Shown: positions 27,755 to 36,595 of the stretch, piece after piece
Layout of the letters: each line of letters begins with the position of its first letter
Position numbering within the stretch: the first letter of the stretch is position 1
DNA from: a virus
Lineage: Duplodnaviria; Heunggongvirae; Uroviricota; Caudoviricetes
IMG/VR virus record: IMGVR_UViG_3300042868_014220
Reading direction: 5' to 3' (one strand)
DNA: 57,824 nucleotides
The notes under the pieces: model-generated
Told to the model about the DNA's origin: nothing
Seen by the model: the letters and a program-made list of their open reading frames with translations, nothing else
Database searches by the model: none
Translations under genes and position numbers: made by a program

Positions 27755-29863
27755 ATGTCAGATTATAGTTCAGATTTAGGTAAGGCTAAAAGTCAAATAA
27801 GTGCTAACAAAACTTACATTGAGGTTTCAAAATCTGCCAAAAAATTAAAAAGTTCTGCTGGCAACTCTTTTTCTCAAGGTGTTGCACAAACTGCGTCATC
27901 TTTAGATAAAGTGGCTCAAGAACAGAAAAGATTTTTAAGAAATCAACCAACATCCTTTGAGGAGCTTTTAAATTTAATTGGTTTAACTAATGGTAGCGGT
28001 TTAGAAACAACAAAATATCTTAAAAAGAAACTTTTAGAAACCGTTGTTAAGATAGAACCTCAAATTCAAAAAATAATCAGTGAGGAGGCTCTAAAAGCTT
28101 TAGGATGTTCTCAAGAACAAACATTTAAAGGTTATTCAGCTTCTGATTTAAGATTAAATCCAATTTCAACAAGGTTACCTATTACTGATGGAATCTATGT
28201 GCCAGTACAATCCTTAGACATACTTTCAATATTAAAAAGTCCTATTAACAGTAAATTAAGTAAAATTTCTTTAGAATATGTTGACCCAAAGACAACAATA
28301 CAGGACAATTTAAAAACATATAGACCTTATAAGGGAGAAGACCCATTTCCAATGAACAGAGAATTGGCTCTTAGGTTAGAAACAAATAATATTGGTAAAT
28401 CATATTATCAAGAATATGATGTAGACTACCAAGGAATTTCAAATCAAAAAATATTTGATTTTGTGTATTCACCGACAAATCAATATGGTATTGCTCAAGA
28501 TTGTTATAGAATTGCGTTGATTGATAAACCTGTGAATGTATTAACAACTAATGGTGCAACAGTTGGAGAAACCAGTAATAAAGTTGGTGAATTTTTAAAA
28601 GACTACTATTCAACAATAAAAATAATAGATACTGTTGATTTTGTGGTGGCACTTGTAAATATAATTTGCGGTGCGGTAGATATGAGTGCCAAGCCAAGTT
28701 CTGATAAAATTTTAGAAACTACAAAATTTGAATTAATTCTTCAAAGAATATTAGGTCTTTGTTTTGATAGTAGACGTGAGATTGATGTTAGTGGTGTTTC
28801 TAAAATTGCGGAATTGGACGGGGTTAATGATTCATTTTATGAATTAACTGAAGTTGATTTAAGAAATATTGAAAATAGAATTTCAAATATTCAAAACGGT
28901 GTTACTGAATTTGAGGATTGTGGTAACGTAAAACTACCTGTTGACTATGAAACAATAACCGATGAATTACTTAAATTTAGAGATACTGTTGATGTTTTAA
29001 ATGCAGAACAACAAGTTTCGGCTATGAGTGAAATTTTAGACACTATTTATCAAAACCCTGATTGGCAAGTAAGTTTACCGACCAATTTAGATGTTAAGTT
29101 TGCACTTAATAAAGAATTTATAAAACAAATTCCATTAGCGGTTGCATCTGTGGTATTAAGTCCGAAAGTGTTATTACCGATTTTTACTTTACTTCAAGTT
29201 GTTGAAAGTGATGCTACAAGGGCATATAATAAAGCGGTTACTTCTGCAAATACATATACCCAATCGGGAAATACTGTACTTGGAGGTGTTAATAATATTG
29301 TAAATAATTCAACAGATTTTCTTAAAGTATTTCAAAGTTTTAACATACAAGTTGTTTCAAAAATAGGAGCTATTTTTATTGAAGAATTATATAAAGTATT
29401 AAAAAAAGATTTATTAAATTTATTAAGCTTAATCATTAAAGATGTTGTCGTATCGGCAAAATTAAAAAAATACAAAACGATTATAAGATTGGTTAATATT
29501 CTTTTGGTTGTTTCACAATTAGTTCAAGATTATAGAAAATGTAAATCATTAATTAATGATATCTTAACTTTATTAAAAACTATATTTGGTAAACCAGATG
29601 GTAAAATACCTTTACCTTTATTATTGTTGTCTGAATTTTTACCAGGAAGTTCTCCTGAAAGAGCAACAATCGCAACTATTGAATTATTACAATCAGTTGG
29701 AATACCGACAGGTACCCTTCCTGATGGTTCACCAAATTTGATGGCAATATATAATCTTATGGCTAATAAAGGTGCTGATGATGAAGAGACTGAAAATGGT
29801 AAAGTTGAGGGTACTGTAATAACACCAGCAGGAATCTATAGGGTTTTTGGTAAAAAAAGATAA
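27755..29863 (+). CDS. Large hypothetical protein, probably virion/baseplate
   Basis: ~702-aa ORF upstream of the spike gene; helical and hydrophobic C-half. Confidence 0.55.
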   Translation: MSDYSSDLGKAKSQISANKTYIEVSKSAKKLKSSAGNSFSQGVAQTASSLDKVAQEQKRFLRNQPTSFEELLNLIGLTNGSGLETTKYLKKKLLETVVKIEPQIQKIISEEALKALGCSQEQTFKGYSASDLRLNPISTRLPITDGIYVPVQSLDILSILKSPINSKLSKISLEYVDPKTTIQDNLKTYRPYKGEDPFPMNRELALRLETNNIGKSYYQEYDVDYQGISNQKIFDFVYSPTNQYGIAQDCYRIALIDKPVNVLTTNGATVGETSNKVGEFLKDYYSTIKIIDTVDFVVALVNIICGAVDMSAKPSSDKILETTKFELILQRILGLCFDSRREIDVSGVSKIAELDGVNDSFYELTEVDLRNIENRISNIQNGVTEFEDCGNVKLPVDYETITDELLKFRDTVDVLNAEQQVSAMSEILDTIYQNPDWQVSLPTNLDVKFALNKEFIKQIPLAVASVVLSPKVLLPIFTLLQVVESDATRAYNKAVTSANTYTQSGNTVLGGVNNIVNNSTDFLKVFQSFNIQVVSKIGAIFIEELYKVLKKDLLNLLSLIIKDVVVSAKLKKYKTIIRLVNILLVVSQLVQDYRKCKSLINDILTLLKTIFGKPDGKIPLPLLLLSEFLPGSSPERATIATIELLQSVGIPTGTLPDGSPNLMAIYNLMANKGADDEETENGKVEGTVITPAGIYRVFGKKR

Positions 29864-29864
29864 T

Positions 29865-30068
29865 ATGAATAAAGAAGAATTTGAAGATATTGTAAAAGAA
29901 TTAGGTGATTTAAAAAATACGCCAAACGCAAAGTTAATTGAAATCATGGACAAATTGACCTCTGATTTTGATGCAACAAAAAATAACATAATAGGGTTAA
30001 CTTTATATTTGGATAAAGTTGAAGAGATGTATAATAAAACATTAAACGAATACCAGACTAGAACGTAA
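29865..30068 (+). CDS. Small hypothetical protein
   Basis: ATG 29865 follows the previous stop; TAATG coupling to the next gene. Confidence 0.65.
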   Translation: MNKEEFEDIVKELGDLKNTPNAKLIEIMDKLTSDFDATKNNIIGLTLYLDKVEEMYNKTLNEYQTRT

Positions 30069-31879
30069 TGGATAATAACTCAATATTTTTCCAAGTCCAA
30101 ATTTTAGATAACGAAGACCCCCTAATGTTAGGTAGGGTTAGAGCCAGATTATTAATTGATAATTATCAAGATATTATTCGAGGTATTAATGACCCGCCAT
30201 GGAATGAAGAAAAGGATAAATGGACTCCAAGAGACCCATTTGTTTTTAATCCTCTTATGCCGTATTTTATATATCAGGTACCTAAAGTTGATGAGATGGC
30301 ACAAGTCATTTATTTAAATAAAGATTTTAAATACCAAAACCAATATTATATACAAAATACGTTTTCTACCCCAACAGCAACTAAATTTGAATATTACGTT
30401 GGTGGAAACAAATTTACGGGTACAGGTATGCAATTAAAAGCTCCTAAACCTTTAAAAAACCAAGATGGGACATATACCGACCAAGCGGTTCACAAAGGTG
30501 TATTTCCTGAACCAGGTGATAATGGATTGTTAGGTCGTGGTAGTGCGGATGTTGTGGTTAAAGAAAATGAAATTTTAATTAGGGCAGGTAAATTTAGAGG
30601 TAGTTCTTTAGAACCGAATATTCCACCTGTTGCAAATCCACAAAGAGGTTTTTTACAGTTATCAAGATTTAATTTAACAAAAGTTAAACAACCTAATAAA
30701 ATTATATCACAAGTCAACGAACAAACTGTATTAGTAAATTATTTAATTGAATGGACTATAACAAATCCTGAAAATACTCAAGAAAAATTTACAGGTACTG
30801 TTTATTTGTATCGGTTAAAAAATGATTTATCAACTAATTCTAAAAATTTAACAGTTGGTAGTGTTGTTAAGGAAAATTTAAAGTCATTAGTTGCGTCTGA
30901 AACATTTAGTTTACTATCCAAGTTAGAGACTGCTGCCTTTATAAATAATTTTATACAAACTTGTAATAATTCAAATATTACAAAATCAGGCGTTCAATTA
31001 TTTACCGATTCTAATAATAAATTCCCAATTTTTTATAGACCAAACAATTTAACGTATAATATTTTAAAATCATCGGTACCACCAGCACCAACATACAATC
31101 AAAATTATTACTCTATTGGTTACAAAACTTTAGCCCCTATCCCCAGTATTAATTGTAATATTACAATACAAGTTATTGATGTTACTAAAGGGACTGTTGT
31201 TACAACTGGAACTGTTGATGGTGACCGAAATTTTTTAGATGAACTTTATCAAAGTGTTGTCAATCAAGTAACTAATAATTTAATTTCACAAAAAATAGAA
31301 AATGTGTTATTACCTGCTGTCGATGAATTAGATGGTTCAACCATAACCGCACCGACAACAATTACTGTTGCGGAATCTACTGAATCATTTAAGAATGTTA
31401 CAGAAATTTATAATCAAATAAAATTACAACCAGCATTAAAAATTCCTGGATACGGTTTAATTTATGCTAAGGATAAAGTTGGTACTCCAATAAATTTTAC
31501 ATCAACAACTGTCCCACAATCAAAAACCTTTGCAGACCCAACAACATATGGTGCACTTGCAAGTGATTACTTATATCTATTATCACATAATTCGGCAATA
31601 CCAGGTAAAGGTAAAATTAATTTTGACGATACTTTATATGGAATTAATTTGGACCAATTTGTTGATGAAATATTACCAAAGACATCAAGTTTGGTTAGAG
31701 GAGAAGAACTTTTAGAGTTGATTAATTTAATTGTTAGGTTCCTTACAACACATACTCACGCTTACCCTGGATTACCTCCAGTTCCTGTAACACAAGATGG
31801 TTCAAACGTTGCGGACTTGTTAACCGAACTACAAAACGCATATACTAAAATTCTTAATAACAATATTCGACTTAATTGA
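30068..31879 (+). CDS. Baseplate hub/central spike protein (gp5/VgrG-like OB fold)
   Basis: N-terminal QILDNEDPLMLGRVRAR (gp5 OB-fold signature D.DP..lGRVrV); C-terminal LTTHTH metal-binding HxH of spike tips. Confidence 0.7.
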   Translation: MDNNSIFFQVQILDNEDPLMLGRVRARLLIDNYQDIIRGINDPPWNEEKDKWTPRDPFVFNPLMPYFIYQVPKVDEMAQVIYLNKDFKYQNQYYIQNTFSTPTATKFEYYVGGNKFTGTGMQLKAPKPLKNQDGTYTDQAVHKGVFPEPGDNGLLGRGSADVVVKENEILIRAGKFRGSSLEPNIPPVANPQRGFLQLSRFNLTKVKQPNKIISQVNEQTVLVNYLIEWTITNPENTQEKFTGTVYLYRLKNDLSTNSKNLTVGSVVKENLKSLVASETFSLLSKLETAAFINNFIQTCNNSNITKSGVQLFTDSNNKFPIFYRPNNLTYNILKSSVPPAPTYNQNYYSIGYKTLAPIPSINCNITIQVIDVTKGTVVTTGTVDGDRNFLDELYQSVVNQVTNNLISQKIENVLLPAVDELDGSTITAPTTITVAESTESFKNVTEIYNQIKLQPALKIPGYGLIYAKDKVGTPINFTSTTVPQSKTFADPTTYGALASDYLYLLSHNSAIPGKGKINFDDTLYGINLDQFVDEILPKTSSLVRGEELLELINLIVRFLTTHTHAYPGLPPVPVTQDGSNVADLLTELQNAYTKILNNNIRLN

Positions 31880-31887
31880 TATTTATT
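31880..31887 (+). promoter_or_regulatory. TATTTAT late-type motif, 10 nt upstream of ATG 31898
   Basis: TATTTATT. Confidence 0.55.
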
Positions 31888-31897
31888 ATTAAAAATA

Positions 31898-33427
31898 ATG
31901 TCAATTTTAAGGTCATATATAGATAAGAACAATACAATTAGTTCAAACTCATATGTTAATACGGGTAGGAATCCTATTGTTGAGTTAAATTTTGGTGCTT
32001 CGGATTATATAATCCCCAACTATGGTTACACTCGTTATTTATTCAATTTAGATTTAACAGATTTAACCTCAAACATACAAACAGGTGTAATATCAACAGG
32101 TTGTACCACAGGGATAACACACGTCCTTAAAATGACTAATACGTCGTCATTTGATAATGAATTGTTAAATACGTTTATGTCAAATGAAAGAAGAAGAGCA
32201 ACATCATTTGATTTAATATTATTTAGAATACCAAAAACATCAGGAAGTACTGGTGACCCCCAAGATTGGGATGAAGGTGTTGGGTTTGATTATACAGATA
32301 CAAATCGTAATCAAAACAGTCCATACGGAGGTTCTACTCCAATAACTTATGTTGATAGTAGAGCGTACTCAACAAGACCCTCAAATTGGTACCAAACAAC
32401 TACAATAAGTGGATGGTCTCAATCAGGTGTTTATAATAATTCAAATTCATTAACAGGATTAACAGGTTTAAATTATTCGGCATTAACTATTGTTGATAGA
32501 CAACATTTCCAATTAGGTAACGAAGACCTTAATATGGATATGACCAATGAAATTAACGGTATATTAAACGGAACAATTACAGGTGTTACAGGTTGGGGTG
32601 TTGCGTATGTACCACAGATTGAAAACATAACAGGTTTAACTGACAGTTATAGTGTGGCATTCTTTTCAAGACATACTCAAACATTCTACCAACCATATCT
32701 ATTAACAACATACGATGATTTAATTAAGGATGATAGAAATGTCTTCTTAAAAAACCAAACAAACAAATTGTATTTGTATATTTACCAAAATGGTGATTTA
32801 GTTAATTTGGATTCAGACCCATTTGTTAGAATTGAAGACCGAAATGGTGCTGCGGTATCAGGTATGACTTCATTGACAACTTGTTTAAAGACAAGAGGTG
32901 TTTATGAGGTAACCATTCCAAATGGATTTTCAGGTTATCCTACCCCATGTCAATTTTACGATGTATGGTCGGGTTTAACAATTAACGGACAATCTATTCC
33001 AAACGTAACTAATCAATTCACATTACAACAATATAGTGCGGGCATTCAAATCGGCACACTATCTAAAGAACCGACTAATTTTGGATTTAATTTCTATGGT
33101 ATTTTACAAAACGAACAAATTATAAATACCGATATTAGAAAGGTTGGGGTTACAATTAAGAAAGCTTATACAGGTCAAGTTCCATTAGAAAACATATCTG
33201 CATTTTATAGAGTATTTGTTAAAGAAGGAACCACAGAGGTTTTAGTACAAGATTGGACTCCAATCAACAGAACTCCAAATGAATATTATTTTATATTTGA
33301 TACAAGAGATAAAATACCTAATCAATATTATGTAGACATTCAAGTGAATACTTCAGGAGAAAAGAATACTTATAAGAGACAATTAACATTCAACATAGTA
33401 AATAAAAAAAGTAACATTACAACATAA
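31898..33427 (+). CDS. Putative virion structural protein (beta-rich, S/T-G-x-T rich)
   Basis: 509 aa, follows the spike gene, preceded by TATTTATT. Confidence 0.55.
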   Translation: MSILRSYIDKNNTISSNSYVNTGRNPIVELNFGASDYIIPNYGYTRYLFNLDLTDLTSNIQTGVISTGCTTGITHVLKMTNTSSFDNELLNTFMSNERRRATSFDLILFRIPKTSGSTGDPQDWDEGVGFDYTDTNRNQNSPYGGSTPITYVDSRAYSTRPSNWYQTTTISGWSQSGVYNNSNSLTGLTGLNYSALTIVDRQHFQLGNEDLNMDMTNEINGILNGTITGVTGWGVAYVPQIENITGLTDSYSVAFFSRHTQTFYQPYLLTTYDDLIKDDRNVFLKNQTNKLYLYIYQNGDLVNLDSDPFVRIEDRNGAAVSGMTSLTTCLKTRGVYEVTIPNGFSGYPTPCQFYDVWSGLTINGQSIPNVTNQFTLQQYSAGIQIGTLSKEPTNFGFNFYGILQNEQIINTDIRKVGVTIKKAYTGQVPLENISAFYRVFVKEGTTEVLVQDWTPINRTPNEYYFIFDTRDKIPNQYYVDIQVNTSGEKNTYKRQLTFNIVNKKSNITT

Positions 33428-33894
33428 TGAAAACAATTAAATTAACCGAAAACGATATCCAAAGATTAGTAAACAAAGTATTAAAAGAACAAGAAACTGC
33501 TCAAACAAACTATATGTTCTTTTCTAATCTAAAACAAATGAAAAGACAAATCGAAATGATGATGGAGATGGACCCTGATATGATTGACAAGATTATTCAA
33601 AATGGTCACGATTGGGCTGATGACCACATTTCAGAAGCTAAAACCAATATGGACCAAGTATTTGATTTCCTTAAAAATGAGATGGAAAAAGAATCTCAGT
33701 ATGTTGATTATGAAGATATCAACGAAGGTAGAAAAAAAACAGGAACACCACTATGTGCTAGGGGTAAAGCATCAGCTAAGGCTAAATTTAAAATCTACCC
33801 CTCAGCTTATGCAAATGGTCATGCCGTTCAAGTATGTAAAGGTGATATCAAAGGTTTAGATGGTAAGAAACATTGCTCAGGAGCTTATTGTTAA
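33427..33894 (+). CDS. Hypothetical protein with C-terminal Cys/basic PSAYA module
   Basis: N-terminal IKLTENDIQRLVNKVLKEQ; C-terminal LCARGKASAKAKFKIYPSAYANGHAVQVCKG. Confidence 0.65.
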   Translation: MKTIKLTENDIQRLVNKVLKEQETAQTNYMFFSNLKQMKRQIEMMMEMDPDMIDKIIQNGHDWADDHISEAKTNMDQVFDFLKNEMEKESQYVDYEDINEGRKKTGTPLCARGKASAKAKFKIYPSAYANGHAVQVCKGDIKGLDGKKHCSGAYC

Positions 33895-33932
33895 TTTTTT
33901 CACAAATTATTTTTTATTTCGGTAATTTGAAT

Positions 33933-33940
33933 TATCTTTG
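33933..33940 (+). promoter_or_regulatory. Bacteroidota housekeeping-sigma -7 element (TAnnTTTG)
   Basis: TATCTTTG 22 nt upstream of ATG 33963. Confidence 0.55.
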
Positions 33941-33962
33941 TCGTAATCATAAAAAATAAATA

Positions 33963-34367
33963 ATGAGACTAATTTTACATAAATTAAAAAGGTCAATTCA
34001 GAAATGGTATATTTCTTTATCAAGACTTTCAACGCAAGGGGTTCAAAAGTCAAAACACGAAAGAGATTGTATTGCCATCTGTAAGAAACTAATTCTAAAA
34101 GAAGATACAACACTTCTATTCACACCAATTTCAACTAAAAGATATATTAGAAACGAAAAAAATCAAATTTTTGTTATTCTTGAAAATCATACTGTTAAAG
34201 TAATTAATCACGTATATTCTTATACAGTGTTTTTAGAACAAACAACTTGGAATAATATTGTATCTACGTTTGATAATGAACTTGAAAAACGCAGAGATGA
34301 TTTTGAAAAAGAAATTATTTCAAATATCAAACATTCACTTCAAAATATTTTACAAAACATTCAATGA
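33963..34367 (+). CDS. Hypothetical protein
   Basis: 134-aa ORF with a TATCTTTG promoter upstream. Confidence 0.65.
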   Translation: MRLILHKLKRSIQKWYISLSRLSTQGVQKSKHERDCIAICKKLILKEDTTLLFTPISTKRYIRNEKNQIFVILENHTVKVINHVYSYTVFLEQTTWNNIVSTFDNELEKRRDDFEKEIISNIKHSLQNILQNIQ

Positions 34368-34672
34368 GAAACAATTCTTTTAGGCAAACGTTCTATTTAG
34401 GTTTATTAATTCTTATATCATTAAGTGGATTATTAACAATAATTGGTATTAATGTTTATAATTCATTTTCAACAAAACTTAAAAAAACAAATGTTGAAGA
34501 TACTTTTGTTAATTTTGAAGATGTATCAAAAAATATTCACGATACAGTTTATATTGAGAAACCAAATCATAAGGATACTTCTAAAGTAATTCATATAGAT
34601 AGAGTAAAACCAACTACTTCTAATGTTGTTAAAAAATTGGATACTACAAAATCGTTAGATACTATTAATTAA
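34364..34672 (+). CDS. Hypothetical membrane-anchored protein
   Basis: N-terminal hydrophobic segment FYLGLLILISLSGLLTIIGINVY; ATGA overlap. Confidence 0.55.
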   Translation: MRNNSFRQTFYLGLLILISLSGLLTIIGINVYNSFSTKLKKTNVEDTFVNFEDVSKNIHDTVYIEKPNHKDTSKVIHIDRVKPTTSNVVKKLDTTKSLDTIN

Positions 34673-35357
34673 TTTTTTTATATTCGTTAAGGATAGAAAC
34701 TATTGTATCCCTAATTGATTCTTTCTTTGGTTTGTAAGAGACCATCGTTGGTTTATTACCTTTACCAACTTTAGGTTCTTTTTTCTCTTCTCTTCTTTTT
34801 TGGGAACATGCCGCTTTTTTCTGAGAATCGGTCATTTTAGATGCAACTCCAGCCGCTCTACATTTAGGATATCCTTTAGAATCCGATTCAGGTCTACCAC
34901 ACGGAGGATGACCACCACCTTCTTTTTTTCTACAAATATTCACCCAAGGACCGCTAGGTTGTTTTGAACCTTTTGGTTTTTTCTTTGTTCCAAACCAAAC
35001 TGCCAAATCTTCTTTAATTGGTTCAACCGCTCGTTTAATTATGTCTTCAGGATTTTCAACATCACCAATATTACCACCATCTTCATCATTTTGTCCTGTA
35101 TAGAAACTTTTTAGATATTTATCTACTTGAGCGATTCTATCAGTTCTTTTTTCTATTCGAGCTCTTTCTTCAGGTGTTTCTTTAAAATCACCGTCAGCCT
35201 CTTCATATGCCAACTCCGCATTATTATACTTATAAACAGGAGTATTAAATGGTGCTAATTGGTTTTGTTTCCAATCTTGTGGAGCAAGAACAATTGGAAC
35301 TTTAAAATTTCCAGCACTTCCTGAACCTGTGGCTTCACTAATTCTATTTTTTTTCAT
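34665..35357 (-). CDS. Hypothetical protein with Cys/basic module (W..IC...CGR...YPKC)
   Basis: 230 aa; LAVWFG...PWVNIC...PPCGRP...YPKCRA...AACSQKR. Confidence 0.7.
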   Translation of the reverse strand: MKKNRISEATGSGSAGNFKVPIVLAPQDWKQNQLAPFNTPVYKYNNAELAYEEADGDFKETPEERARIEKRTDRIAQVDKYLKSFYTGQNDEDGGNIGDVENPEDIIKRAVEPIKEDLAVWFGTKKKPKGSKQPSGPWVNICRKKEGGGHPPCGRPESDSKGYPKCRAAGVASKMTDSQKKAACSQKRREEKKEPKVGKGNKPTMVSYKPKKESIRDTIVSILNEYKKIN

Positions 35358-35366
35358 ATACTTAAC

Positions 35367-35374
35367 TATAAATA
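35367..35374 (-). promoter_or_regulatory. TATTTAT late-type motif, 9 nt upstream of ATG 35357
   Basis: + strand TATAAATA. Confidence 0.6.
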
Positions 35375-35389
35375 TATCGTTAATACATT

Positions 35390-35596
35390 ATGGAACAACA
35401 AAAACAACCAATAGCATTTCTATTTGAAGAGGTTGCAATATACAAACCTGAAGACATTGATAATTTGATTGATAATTTAACTGAAGAACAATCAAAGTTT
35501 ATGTTAATCAGAGCGGTTCAAATGGCTTATAAAAATGGATTATATTCTTTAACAGAATCCGAACTTGTTTCCAAATCACTTAGAATTTTAAAATAA
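35390..35596 (+). CDS. Small hypothetical protein
   Basis: 68-aa ORF ending just before a bidirectional hairpin. Confidence 0.6.
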   Translation: MEQQKQPIAFLFEEVAIYKPEDIDNLIDNLTEEQSKFMLIRAVQMAYKNGLYSLTESELVSKSLRILK

Positions 35597-35598
35597 AA

Positions 35599-35622
35599 AA
35601 AAGGGTCTCACGGGACCCTTTT
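35599..35622. terminator. Bidirectional intrinsic terminator between convergent genes
   Basis: AAAAGGGTCT-CACG-GGACCCTTTT. Confidence 0.8.
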
Positions 35623-35625
35623 AAT

Positions 35626-36408
35626 TTATATTTTATTTCCACAAGACGGACAAAACTTATATTTTGTTTTTGTCTTGGTTCCACATTCGATACAAAATTG
35701 TTTTATTTCATCCACAGTTTTATTTTTATTATTCAATGGTAATATTTTTAAACTCACTTGGTGAGATACAAAATAATCAAAATTTTCATACGATTGTGTA
35801 AATTTTTGATTTGATTTTTCACCCTTCTCAACTCTACCTGTTTCTATAGATTTTTTACTTCTAATATTTGGACCTTGTGGTGTTGTAGTTGTTTTACCAA
35901 CAACTGATGAATAATTTACATTAGAATCACTTGTAAAAGTTTGAACGCTATCGTGATAATTAAGTGAACCTGTATTATTTGCTGAGAATAGGTTTTGATT
36001 ATATAATGAGGAATTTCCACCAAAATAAGTTACAGTACCATAAAATGGGTTATATGTTTGTTCATTATAGAACTCAATTCTAACATCACCATTTAAATCA
36101 ATTGCCGTCTTGTTTGACGAAGTATCTTTTACCTCATAGGTACCGAACTCAAATTTATTATTTGAGTCAAGGAAACGTTCTAAAAATACTCTCTGACCTG
36201 GTCTGATAATAATCCCTGTTGAAGAGATGTAATCACCATTCAGTTTGATTTTACAAAGAATAGATTTTTGGGTTGGATTATGAATTTCAAATTCAAAATT
36301 GTCTTTATCGTTAAGAAAGACATTGTGTCCATTATAGACTTTTAAACGCGACTTTTTCTTTGTGATGTGCGCAGTCGGTTTGCTCACGTTTGTTGTTGTG
36401 TAATACAT
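35626..36408 (-). CDS. Hypothetical protein with C-terminal zinc ribbon
   Basis: FCIECG...KFCPSCG at the C-terminus. Confidence 0.75.
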   Translation of the reverse strand: MYYTTTNVSKPTAHITKKKSRLKVYNGHNVFLNDKDNFEFEIHNPTQKSILCKIKLNGDYISSTGIIIRPGQRVFLERFLDSNNKFEFGTYEVKDTSSNKTAIDLNGDVRIEFYNEQTYNPFYGTVTYFGGNSSLYNQNLFSANNTGSLNYHDSVQTFTSDSNVNYSSVVGKTTTTPQGPNIRSKKSIETGRVEKGEKSNQKFTQSYENFDYFVSHQVSLKILPLNNKNKTVDEIKQFCIECGTKTKTKYKFCPSCGNKI

Positions 36409-36512
36409 TTTTTTTAATTTTATTATAGTTAATGACTATGTTACCAATACCTTTGTATCCGTGAATACTCTACAGCTTGTTATGGCTGGGGACTAATAAA
36501 CTAAAATCTACA

Positions 36513-36520
36513 TATAAATA
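36513..36520 (-). promoter_or_regulatory. TATTTAT late-type motif, 104 nt upstream of ATG 36408
   Basis: + strand TATAAATA, just downstream of the MCP terminator. Confidence 0.5.
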
Positions 36521-36545
36521 TAAACCACTACACATTTGTGTAAAT

Positions 36546-36574
36546 AAAAAAAGGGACAATTTCTTGTCCCTTTT
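36546..36574 (-). terminator. Intrinsic terminator after the major capsid gene
   Basis: AAAAGGGACAA-TTTC-TTGTCCCTTTT with a U7 tract on the minus strand. Confidence 0.85.
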
Positions 36575-36595
36575 AGTGTATTTGTTAAAGATTGA

